Assembly: GCA_901538445.1 (NCBI GenBank)
Contig: LR594584.1
Location: 2,667,586 to 2,699,585, forward strand
Origin: Gemmataceae bacterium
Lineage (GTDB): Bacteria; Planctomycetota; Planctomycetia; Gemmatales; Gemmataceae
Length of the DNA: 32,000 bases
Direction: 5' to 3'
Part shown: in pieces, positions 1 to 7,252 of the stretch
How positions within the stretch are numbered: position 1 is the stretch's first letter
How the letters are laid out: each line of letters opens with the position of its first letter
Translations under genes and position numbers: made by a program
The notes under the pieces: model-generated
Database searches by the model: none
Told to the model about the DNA's origin: nothing
The model's input: the letters and a program-made list of their open reading frames with translations, nothing else

Positions 1-169
1 GCGCGTGCAGGGCGAGCGCGATCTGCTTCATGTTGTTCTGGCACTTCGCCCGGGCCGCGGCCTCGCGGACCTTTTGGACCGCGGGGAGCAGCAGGCCGAT
101 CAGGATCGCGATGATCGCGATCACCACCAGCAACTCGATCAGCGTGAACGCCGGTCTGCGGCGGGGCAT
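1..169 (-). CDS. DUF1559-family protein with prepilin-type N-terminal cleavage/methylation signal (first 56 codons only; gene runs off the window start)
   Basis: Minus-strand ATG at 169-167 with a GGGAGGG Shine-Dalgarno-like motif 6 nt upstream. The translation [56 protein letters not shown] is the pilin-like leader typical of planctomycete DUF1559 proteins. It closely matches the N-terminus of the complete paralog at 8231-9106. Confidence 0.85.
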   Translation of the reverse strand, partial: MPRRRPAFTLIELLVVIAIIAILIGLLLPAVQKVREAAARAKCQNNMKQIALALHA

Positions 170-214
170 CTGGAACCCTCCCGAAATAAATGGGTCTTGA
201 GCGTCGGTAGTGGG

Positions 215-619
215 TCACGGGGTCAGTGTGAACTCGATGACGTTGTCCCGGCCCGCGACGACCTCCGCCGTGAGCGGGGTCGTCTTGCGGTCCGCGTACC
301 TGCCGGGGATGGACGCGCGCTTGCTGGCGGGCACGTCGGGCTGGTACTCGGCCTCGACGGTCACGATGTGGCGGCCCACGGCCGCGCCGGCGTACTGGCT
401 CGCGGTCCGCAGGGTGAAGCGCCCCGAGGGATCGACCGAGGCGGCCGCGACCGGCCCGTGCGTCCCGGCCGAGGCGTCCGGCGTGAAGACGACCGTGGCG
501 TAGTTCACCGGCGTTCCGTCGCGGAGCTTGATCGAGCCGGACACGGGCGCGAGTGGGGGCATGCCGTTCCCCGCGCACCCGAGCGCACAGAGGAATACGA
601 ACGCACAACCGCGGGGCAT
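215..619 (-). CDS. small lipoprotein, carboxypeptidase-regulatory-like beta-sandwich type often found next to DUF1559 genes
   Basis: Internal ATG at 619 of track ORF 215..907(-). The N-terminus MPRGCAFVFLCALGCAG carries a lipobox (LGC). The body (GSIKLRDGTPV..VVFTPD..GRFTLRT..GRHIVTVE..IPGRY..TPLTAEV..NVIEFTL) fits the small DUF1559-associated lipoprotein pattern. The upstream part of the track ORF overlaps a repeat element and looks non-coding. Confidence 0.65.
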   Translation of the reverse strand: MPRGCAFVFLCALGCAGNGMPPLAPVSGSIKLRDGTPVNYATVVFTPDASAGTHGPVAAASVDPSGRFTLRTASQYAGAAVGRHIVTVEAEYQPDVPASKRASIPGRYADRKTTPLTAEVVAGRDNVIEFTLTP

Positions 620-761
620 GGGCGACCCTTTCGAGACCGGTTGGGGTAAACAGCAGGCGGGGGAGAGGCGGAGCGGGGAGGTGTCTGTAGCTTGAACGAT
701 CGGCCCGACGTTGTCAACGAGCAACACAATCACCGGCGGTCCGGGCGCGCCTCGGGATTCT

Positions 762-837
762 GGCGAGCGGGGGACGTGAGTTACCCAGTGGGGCGTGAAG
801 GGCGGTTCAACCGGGGGACTCACGTCCCCCGCTCGCC
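762..837. repeat. 76-nt palindromic element (family A) with perfect 20-nt terminal inverted repeats
   Basis: 762-781 GGCGAGCGGGGGACGTGAGT is the exact reverse complement of 818-837. A second copy lies at 31603-31676 (identical 28-mer 810-837 = 31649-31676; identical 14-mer 765-778 = 31606-31619). Confidence 0.85.
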
Positions 838-3213
838 CTTCCCCTCGCCGGCGGGCAGCAACCGGAGCGTCGCACGAGACGCCCGGATCACCTCGGCCTG
901 GAGCCACGGGATCGGGATCGACTCACCGGCCTGCCACAGCGGGAGTTGGTCGGCGTGGTGATCGGACCACGGGTTCCCGCTCTGGCCGCCGCACAGCACG
1001 AACCGGGACTTCGCGAGGTCGCCGAGGTCGAACGCGGTCCGCATGTTGGCCATGTTGTGCGTGAACCCCGTGGGGTTCGTGGGCTTCGCCCCGGCCTGGC
1101 TGATCGTGTTCGTGTCGCCGCCACACGGGACCGGGCCGAGGTTGAACACCGGACCGAGCCACGCGTGGTTCTTGAACAACGGGTGGTCGAGCCGCAACTG
1201 CCGCAGGTGTCCCCACGCCCAGTACGCCGGGCCGGGGCCGACGGTCGTTCGCAGGTGCAGCACCACCTTCCCCAGCGCCGCCTCCATTTCCGCGGGCCAC
1301 GACGCGAACCACCCGGTGGGTTGCTCGTTGAGTTGCCGCACCAGAAAGGCGATGCGGCGGTCCACGAAGAAGTTGTCGTCGAGCGGGCCGCCGCGCTCTC
1401 CGAGCGCCGCCCGCCACGCCTTCGGGGTCTTCACCTTCGCGGTCCGCACGCACATCTCGGCCAGGAACAGCTCGAACACGGCCGCCGCGGGCGACTCGGA
1501 GCCGACCTGTCCGTCCCACTCCTCCAGCAGTTCGAGCCCGTCCGCCGCGTCGGGGCTGGTGGGTGTCAGTGACAACACGGTGTCCCGCACCTCCTCCCAC
1601 GGGATCGACCGCACGCCGCGCTGGAGCGCGAGGCAGTCCTCGACGGTCCAACCCGTGTCTTTTGCGCCGAGCGCATCGGTGATGGACCGCACGCGGTACG
1701 GGTCGCAGTAGTCCGCGCTGAGCCACGGCTCGCGCGACGGCCACTCGGGCTCGTTGTTGGCGGTCGCGAAGTAGCCCTTTGGGAAGTCGGTGCGGTACGG
1801 CATCGCGTCAAACGGCACCATCCCCTTCCACTCCGAATCGGGCAGCCACCCGGGCCGCGGAACGAGCCCGTGGCCCGCGGCGCGCTGCGGGATCTGGCCG
1901 ATGAGTTGCCACCCGAGCCCGCCGTTGATGTCGGCGTACAGCACGTTGAGCGGCAGCACCGGCCACTCGGCGAAGCTCCGGCGGAACTCCTCGAACGACC
2001 GGGCGGTGACCGCACCGAAGTAGCCGTTCACCGGGAGAGGTTCGAGCCACACGGCCCGCAGCGATACCGCGACCGAGACGTCTTCGACGAGCGGAGTGAT
2101 GATCGGCCCGCGTGGCGTGACGATAACTTCAACAACCTCGTCGGCCGCACCCTTCACCCGGATCACCTCGCGGCGCACCTCGCACGGCGCGAACGAGCCG
2201 TCGGCGCACTTCGCGGTGCGACCGTCGGGGCCGAGTTCTTCAAGGTAAATGTCGGAGTTGTCGGTGAGGCCGGCAGTGACGCCCCAGGCGGCGAAGCCGT
2301 TGTGCGCGATCGAGAACGTCGGCGTGCCGGCGAGCTGCGCGCCGGCGGCCTCCCACTCGGGGCACCGGGCGTGCGCGAGATACCACGGCGGCGGCGCGCT
2401 CGGCGCGAGGTGCGGGTCGCTTGCGAGAATGGACTTCCCCGACGCCGTGCGGCTCCCGGCGATGACCCAGTTGTTCGACCCGCCGCCGAGCGGGAGCGCG
2501 TCTCGTAACGCCGCGACGTCTTCGTGAAGTTGGACAAGGGGACCGTGAGACACGGAGACAAGGGGAGCGACCCCTTCGCCAAGGGACTTCTTGTCCCCTT
2601 GTCCCCCGGTCCCCGTGTCTCCGTGTCCGGCTAAGGGGTCGAACGCCAGCAGCGCCTCGGGGCCGTCGGAGAGCAGGATCCGCAGCCGGGCGAGTTCGAC
2701 GTCCCAGTTCGAGGCGAGCGAGAACGACTGCAACTTCATGAGCGTGAGGACGTCGATCCCGGCCCACGGCGACGGCGTGCCGCCGAGGATCGCGAACTCG
2801 TGCGGCGCGTGCGGCAGGCCGACCGAGTTGCCGGCGGTGATCCCCGCCGCGAACGCTTCGAGCCGCCGCTTCACGACTTCCGAGAGGACCGGGTACTGCT
2901 TCTCGGAAGACGCATGGAACCCGATGCGGCGGCTCATGCGGTCGGCACCGAGGCCCGCGGCCCCGACCCACTCGGCAAGCCGCCCGCGGCCGACGCGCCA
3001 CATCGTTTCGAGCTGTGCGGCACGGTCCTGCCCCTGGCAGAACCCCAGCGCGTAGTACGCGTCGAGTTCCGACTCGGCGTCGATGTGCGGGACGCCGTTG
3101 CCGTCGCGCCGGATCGTGACGGGTGCGGAGGGGCCGCGAACGCGCAGTTCACCGGTCGTGGTCGGCAGCCGGCGGCCCAAGAACAGGCGCATCAGTAGGT
3201 GCGTGACGCTCAT
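820..3213 (-). CDS. penicillin acylase family protein (Ntn hydrolase; penicillin amidase / acyl-homoserine-lactone acylase type)
   Basis: Track ORF 820..3345(-). The likely start is the ATG at 3213 (MSVTHLLMRL...). It has the family hallmark GGGSNNWVIAG.R.ASGK..LA.DPHL, where the Ser of SNNW is the beta-subunit N-terminal nucleophile. It also has the N-terminal alpha-subunit motif VTIRRDGNGVPHIDA and is about 800 aa long. Confidence 0.85.
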   Translation of the reverse strand: MSVTHLLMRLFLGRRLPTTTGELRVRGPSAPVTIRRDGNGVPHIDAESELDAYYALGFCQGQDRAAQLETMWRVGRGRLAEWVGAAGLGADRMSRRIGFHASSEKQYPVLSEVVKRRLEAFAAGITAGNSVGLPHAPHEFAILGGTPSPWAGIDVLTLMKLQSFSLASNWDVELARLRILLSDGPEALLAFDPLAGHGDTGTGGQGDKKSLGEGVAPLVSVSHGPLVQLHEDVAALRDALPLGGGSNNWVIAGSRTASGKSILASDPHLAPSAPPPWYLAHARCPEWEAAGAQLAGTPTFSIAHNGFAAWGVTAGLTDNSDIYLEELGPDGRTAKCADGSFAPCEVRREVIRVKGAADEVVEVIVTPRGPIITPLVEDVSVAVSLRAVWLEPLPVNGYFGAVTARSFEEFRRSFAEWPVLPLNVLYADINGGLGWQLIGQIPQRAAGHGLVPRPGWLPDSEWKGMVPFDAMPYRTDFPKGYFATANNEPEWPSREPWLSADYCDPYRVRSITDALGAKDTGWTVEDCLALQRGVRSIPWEEVRDTVLSLTPTSPDAADGLELLEEWDGQVGSESPAAAVFELFLAEMCVRTAKVKTPKAWRAALGERGGPLDDNFFVDRRIAFLVRQLNEQPTGWFASWPAEMEAALGKVVLHLRTTVGPGPAYWAWGHLRQLRLDHPLFKNHAWLGPVFNLGPVPCGGDTNTISQAGAKPTNPTGFTHNMANMRTAFDLGDLAKSRFVLCGGQSGNPWSDHHADQLPLWQAGESIPIPWLQAEVIRASRATLRLLPAGEGKGERGT
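2532..2627. repeat. cluster of direct and inverted GACAAGGGGA(C) / GACACGGAGAC motifs inside the acylase spacer-peptide coding region
   Basis: GGACAAGGGGAC at 2532-2543 has its reverse complement at 2593-2604. GACAAGGGGA repeats at 2557-2566. GACACGGAGAC at 2549-2559 has its reverse complement at 2617-2627. A small AAGGGG/CCCCTT hairpin lies at 2560-2576. Confidence 0.6.
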
Positions 3214-3290
3214 GACGGAATCATATGCACCGGCCCCCGTTCCTCGGCTGGTGTAACTCTGTACCCGTCGGTACGATTTAGGAACTGGCC

Positions 3291-4682
3291 GTGGGGGAGA
3301 GCGCCGTGGACTTGTTCGACAGCATGCGGAGCCAGAACCGAACATCGGCGCGGCCGCTCGCGGCCCGGATGCGGCCGCGGACGCTCGACGAGTACGTCGG
3401 GCAGGACCACTTCCTCGGGCCGGGCAAGCTGCTCCGCCGCATGCTCCTCGCGGACCGCATCAACTCGCTGATCTTCTACGGCCCGCCGGGGTGCGGGAAG
3501 ACCGCCCTCGCCCACGTCATCGCGAAGCACACGAAGAGCCGCTTCAAGCCGCTCAACGCAGTGTCAACGGGAACGAAGGAGGTCCGCGAGATTCTGACCG
3601 AAGCGCGGCAGCACCTCGAAGACCTCGGCGAGCGCACGATCCTGTTCCTCGACGAGATTCACCGGTTCAACCGTGCCCAGCAAGATGTGCTACTGCCCGA
3701 CGTCGAGGACGGCGGCGTGATCCTGATCGGCGCGACGACGCAGAACCCGTTCTTCGCGATCAACACGCCGCTGCTGTCGCGGAGCCAGATCTTCCAGTTC
3801 GAACCGCTGACCCGCGACAACATCCGCACCGTCATCACCCGGGCGCTCGCCGACAAGGAACGCGGCCTCGGCAACACGCCGGTGACGCTCACCGACGACG
3901 CACTGGCGTTTCTCGTCGAAGCGTGCGACGGCGACGCGCGCCGCGCGCTCACCGCACTGGAGATCGGCGTGAAGTCGTCTCTTGGCGAGCCGGGAGCGTC
4001 AGCGACCGGAGGTGGGGGCAAGCCGATCGTCTTCGACCTCCAACTCGCGCAGGACTCGATCCAGCGGAAGGTGCTGGAGTTCGACCCGACCGGCGACACG
4101 CACTACGACGTCGCGTCGGCGTTCATCAAGAGCCTGCGGGGCAGCGACCCGGATGCGGCGCTGTACTGGTGCGCCCGGCTGCTCGAATCGGGCGAAGACC
4201 CGCGGTTCGTGGCGCGGCGGCTGGTGATCTTCGCGTCGGAGGACATCGGCAACGCCGACCCGTTCGCGGTGGTGCTGGCGAACGCCGCGTGGGACGCGGT
4301 CGAGCGCGTCGGCATGCCCGAGTGCCGCATCAACCTCGGCCACGCGGTCTGCTATCTGGCGACGTGCCTGAAGTCGAACGCCGCGTACATGGGCATCGAG
4401 GCCGCGCTGAAGGACGTTCGCGAGGGCCGCACGCTGCCCGTGCCGCGACACCTCCGCGACGGCAACCACAAGGCCGCGAAGAAGGAGTTCGGGCACGTCG
4501 GGTACAAGTACGCGCACGACTACGGCGACGGCTGGGTCGATCAGGAGTACGTCCCGACAGACGCGGTGTACTACGAGCCGACGGACCGCGGCCACGAGGC
4601 GAAGATCAAGGCCCGCGTCGAGGAGTTGCGGAAGCGGCGGGGCAAGGGGCCAGCGGCAAGCGGCGAGGAGAAACCGAAATGA
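3291..4682 (+). CDS. rarA: replication-associated recombination protein A (MgsA/RarA AAA+ ATPase)
   Basis: GTG at 3291 (in-frame alternatives at 3306 and 3324). Walker A YGPPGCGKTALA, Walker B/sensor ILFLDEIHRFN, and the C-terminal MgsA region ...LRGSDPDAALYW..RLLESGEDPRF..RRL.IFASEDIGNADP...LP.P.HLRD...GYKYAHDY. Confidence 0.92.
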   Translation: MGESAVDLFDSMRSQNRTSARPLAARMRPRTLDEYVGQDHFLGPGKLLRRMLLADRINSLIFYGPPGCGKTALAHVIAKHTKSRFKPLNAVSTGTKEVREILTEARQHLEDLGERTILFLDEIHRFNRAQQDVLLPDVEDGGVILIGATTQNPFFAINTPLLSRSQIFQFEPLTRDNIRTVITRALADKERGLGNTPVTLTDDALAFLVEACDGDARRALTALEIGVKSSLGEPGASATGGGGKPIVFDLQLAQDSIQRKVLEFDPTGDTHYDVASAFIKSLRGSDPDAALYWCARLLESGEDPRFVARRLVIFASEDIGNADPFAVVLANAAWDAVERVGMPECRINLGHAVCYLATCLKSNAAYMGIEAALKDVREGRTLPVPRHLRDGNHKAAKKEFGHVGYKYAHDYGDGWVDQEYVPTDAVYYEPTDRGHEAKIKARVEELRKRRGKGPAASGEEKPK

Positions 4683-5374
4683 CTGAGGAGGAGTGGGAGC
4701 GATGTAAATGGCCCGAGGAGCTACTCGCTTGGCTCTCAAAGGGACCGCCAAAGCACGTCGGCCGAGACAGCACGCGCCTACTCAAGCTCTTCGCATGTGG
4801 CTGCTTCAGGCGCGTGTGGCCCACACTTTCCCCAGCAATCCTCCAGCGTGCGGTGAAGGCAGTTGAAGAGTACGTGGATGGAGTAAACGTAGCTGAGCAC
4901 AGAGCAGTGTGGAATTCGCTCACGCTCCGAGTTGAGGACCTGCGAACCAAATGCGGCCATCACTTCGTCGATCAATTTCTCTGGTTAATGGACACGCGCG
5001 GGGATATCGCCGCGCGAAGCCACGGTTGTGCACGCGGTGCCGCAAACCTGTCTGGTCTTCCTTCAACTGAACGACATGCAGTGCTATCCCGGCACATGGA
5101 CAACGAGGATCTGGAGAAATCTGCGCTCCTCCGCGACATCTTCGGCAACCCGTTCCGGCCGGTCGCGTTCGATCCGGCGTGGCGCACGAGTACCGCGGTG
5201 TCGCTGGCGAAGCACATGTACGAGTCGCGCGACTTCAGCGCTATGCCGATCCTCGCCGACGCGATCCAGGACGCCGGGTGCGAGGCCGAGGCGCTCCTGG
5301 CGCACTGCCGCGACCCGAAGCAGGTCCATGTCCGCGGGTGCTGGGTCGTCGATCTGGTGCTGGGCAAGGGGTGA
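4679..5374 (+). CDS. conserved hypothetical protein (231 aa) ending ...LLRDIFGNPFRPV.FDP.W......LA..MY..R.F..MPILADA.QDAGC......AHCR.....HVRGCWVVDL.LGK
   Basis: This is the last 232 codons of track ORF 3491..5374(+). The ATG at 4679 overlaps the rarA stop (ATGA at 4679-4682). From memory, both the N-terminal pattern (W..C..PE.LL.WL...LLKLFACGCFRRVW) and the C-terminal block resemble a multi-copy hypothetical-protein family of Planctomycetes and Myxobacteria. I know of no function for it. Confidence 0.7.
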   Translation: MTEEEWERCKWPEELLAWLSKGPPKHVGRDSTRLLKLFACGCFRRVWPTLSPAILQRAVKAVEEYVDGVNVAEHRAVWNSLTLRVEDLRTKCGHHFVDQFLWLMDTRGDIAARSHGCARGAANLSGLPSTERHAVLSRHMDNEDLEKSALLRDIFGNPFRPVAFDPAWRTSTAVSLAKHMYESRDFSAMPILADAIQDAGCEAEALLAHCRDPKQVHVRGCWVVDLVLGKG

Positions 5375-5403
5375 ACGTGGATTGCCGCCCCGGAGGGGCG
5401 ACA

Positions 5404-5512
5404 GCGTGTAGCCAGGGGTGCGGCCCGCTTCGGGCAAACCCCTGGCGCGATCCGCGTTGCGCCGGGGACCAGGGGTTTGCGAGCTGCGCTCGCCGCACCC
5501 CTGGCTACACGC
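5404..5512. mobile_element. REP doublet (REPIN-like) compound hairpin: two inverted about 40-nt REP-like units, each with a GTAG foot
   Basis: Outer stem 5404-5424 / 5492-5512 (21 bp) and inner stem 5434-5445 / 5469-5480 (12 bp). The left unit (+) reads GTAGCCAGGGGTGCGGC-CCGCTTCGGG-CAAACCCCTGG (5408-5445). The right unit (-) reads GTAGCCAGGGGTGCGGC-GAGCGCAGCTCG-CAAACCCCTGG (reverse complement of 5469-5509). Each unit also folds locally. Confidence 0.7.
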
Positions 5513-5552
5513 GGTCGTCGCTCCGCGACTACACGGGTGCCACCGCTCCGTA

Positions 5553-5617
5553 GCGACCCGAGGCGGGTCCACGTCCGCGGGTGCTGGGTCGTCGATCGGG
5601 TGCTGGGCAAGGCGTGA
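5553..5617 (+). pseudogene. orphan duplicate of the last 21 codons plus stop of CDS 4679-5374
   Basis: 5553-5617 matches 5310-5374 at 60 of 65 positions (hand alignment, constant offset of 243 nt). The reading frame is kept: DPRRVHVRGCWVVDRVLGKA-stop versus DPKQVHVRGCWVVDLVLGKG-stop. There is no upstream coding continuity. Confidence 0.7.
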
Positions 5618-5696
5618 CGATTCACCGCAACCATTTGCCGCACGTCGCCGCCGCGGGTACGCTGACGACCTACTCCCGTGTCGTCAGGGCCGCGTG

Positions 5697-7247
5697 ATGT
5701 TTCCGACCGCACCGAAGGTTGACGCACTGCAAGCGGCGGTCGGCGGCGACGCGCTCCGGTTCCTCCCGGAACTGGCTCTGTGCGTCGGCATCGTCGCAAT
5801 GCTCCTCTGTCGGCTCCTCCCGCTCCTCGACCGCGTCCACCTGGGCGGGATCGCGCTCCTCACCGTGGCGACTGCTCTTTACTGCGCCGTGCTCCAAATC
5901 GTGAAGGTCGAGACTGGAGAATGGACGTGGGCCGGGCCGTACTTCGGCGGAATGCTCAGCTCGGACCCGTTCGCGGGGCTGATGCGGTGCCTCGTGCTGG
6001 GGGCGGCGCTGCTGACGGTGCTGCTCACGCAACTCACGCGCATCCCGGACGCCGCCGACTCGGCCGACTTCCACGCGCTGCTGCTCGGCGGCACCCTCGG
6101 CATGATGCTGATGGCGTCGGCGAACCACCTGCTCATGGTGTTCGTCGCCGTCGAGATGGCGAGCCTCCCGGGCTACGCGCTCGCCGGGTTCCTCAAGGGG
6201 AAGCGGACCGGTAGCGAGGCGGCGCTGAAGTACGTCGTGTATGGGGCCGGTGCGAGCGGCGTCATGCTCTACGGGATCACGCTGATCGCCGGCATTTTCG
6301 GCACCGGCTCGCTGCCCGACATCGCGGCTGGCGTCGGCCACCGCGGGCTCGACCTGCCGGTGCTCGCCGGGTTCTCGTTCGTCCTCATCGGCCTCGGGTT
6401 CAAGCTCGCCGCGGTGCCGTTCCACTTCTGGTGCCCGGACGTGTTCGAGGGGGCCGCCGCGGAGGTCGCCGGGTTCCTGTCGGTCGCGTCTAAGGCCGCC
6501 GCCGTCGCGCTCACGTTGCGCCTGCTCCTGGTGTTGAACGCCGCGAGCCCCCCGTGGGCCTTCGCCGAAACGCTCGGGCTAATCGTCGGCGTCATCGGGG
6601 CCGTCACGGTCACGTTCGGCAACCTTGCCGCGTTCCCACAGACGAACCTCAAGCGACTCCTCGCGTACTCGACCGTCGCGCACGCCGGGTACATGCTCCT
6701 CGGCGTCTCGACGCTCACGCACGCCGGCGCGTCGGGGGTGCTCTTCTACCTCGCGGCGTACATCGTCATGAACCTCGGCGCGTTCGCGTGTGTCGCACTG
6801 GTGCGGAACGCGACGGGTGCCGAGACGATCGACGCCTGCCGCGGGCTCGCGCAGCGGTCGCCAGTGCTGGCCGTCACGCTCGCTGTGTTCCTGCTGTCGC
6901 TGCTCGGCCTGCCGCCGCTCGCGGGGTTCGCCGGGAAATTCCAGGTGTTCGAGGCGCTGTACGAGGCCGGCCGCGCCGCGACTGCGAGCGGGCCCCCGCG
7001 GCTCGGCACGGTGTTCTACGCCCTCCTCGCGATCGGTGCGGTGAACACCGCAATGAGCGCGTACTACTACCTCAAGATCGCGCGTGCGGCGCTGCTCGAC
7101 GAGCCGACCGACCCGACGCCGATCCGCACCGCGCCGATGACCTCGGCGTACCTCGCACTGCTCGCGGCGGCGCTACTGGCACTCGGTGTCATCTGGAACC
7201 CGCTCACTGACCTCACCGGCCGCGCCGTCGCGACCTTCGGCAAGTAA
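5697..7247 (+). CDS. nuoN: NADH-quinone oxidoreductase subunit N (complex I NuoN/ND2, proton-antiporter-like)
   Basis: ATG at 5697 (GTG at 5694 also possible) within track ORF 5418..7247(+). It is a polytopic membrane protein with family motifs: ...LLMVFVAVEMASLP.Y.L......SEAALKY...G..ASG..LYG..L, ...GFKLAAVPFHFW.PDV.EGA, and ...NLKRLLAYST.AHAGY.L. The upstream part of the ORF overlaps repeats and is non-coding. Confidence 0.85.
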   Translation: MFPTAPKVDALQAAVGGDALRFLPELALCVGIVAMLLCRLLPLLDRVHLGGIALLTVATALYCAVLQIVKVETGEWTWAGPYFGGMLSSDPFAGLMRCLVLGAALLTVLLTQLTRIPDAADSADFHALLLGGTLGMMLMASANHLLMVFVAVEMASLPGYALAGFLKGKRTGSEAALKYVVYGAGASGVMLYGITLIAGIFGTGSLPDIAAGVGHRGLDLPVLAGFSFVLIGLGFKLAAVPFHFWCPDVFEGAAAEVAGFLSVASKAAAVALTLRLLLVLNAASPPWAFAETLGLIVGVIGAVTVTFGNLAAFPQTNLKRLLAYSTVAHAGYMLLGVSTLTHAGASGVLFYLAAYIVMNLGAFACVALVRNATGAETIDACRGLAQRSPVLAVTLAVFLLSLLGLPPLAGFAGKFQVFEALYEAGRAATASGPPRLGTVFYALLAIGAVNTAMSAYYYLKIARAALLDEPTDPTPIRTAPMTSAYLALLAAALLALGVIWNPLTDLTGRAVATFGK

Positions 7248-7252
7248 CGCTC

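Noticed and set aside
1-169. High nucleotide similarity between 1-169 and about 8938-9106, considered as copies of a mobile element
   Set aside because: Both are the conserved pilin-like N-terminal coding segments of DUF1559 paralogs in the same reading frame. Similarity decays beyond the conserved peptide. This is paralogy, not a transposable unit.
3491-4678. The upstream 396 codons of track ORF 3491..5374(+), overlapping rarA in another frame
   Set aside because: The translation is Arg/Pro/Gly-rich nonsense lying over a clear RarA reading frame. Only the part from the ATG at 4679 reads like protein and starts at an ATGA stop/start overlap.
5379-5387. Shared 9-mer GGATTGCCG at 5379-5387 and 19725-19733, each about 20 nt upstream of a REP-like hairpin
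   Set aside because: A single 9-mer coincidence in 64 kb of two-strand sequence is not improbable enough on its own. It is noted only as a lead for the genome-wide REP consensus.
5418-5696. N-terminal extension of the nuoN ORF (track start 5418)
   Set aside because: It runs through the REP doublet and the duplicated gene tail. The NuoN homology and hydrophobic profile begin at the ATG at 5697.
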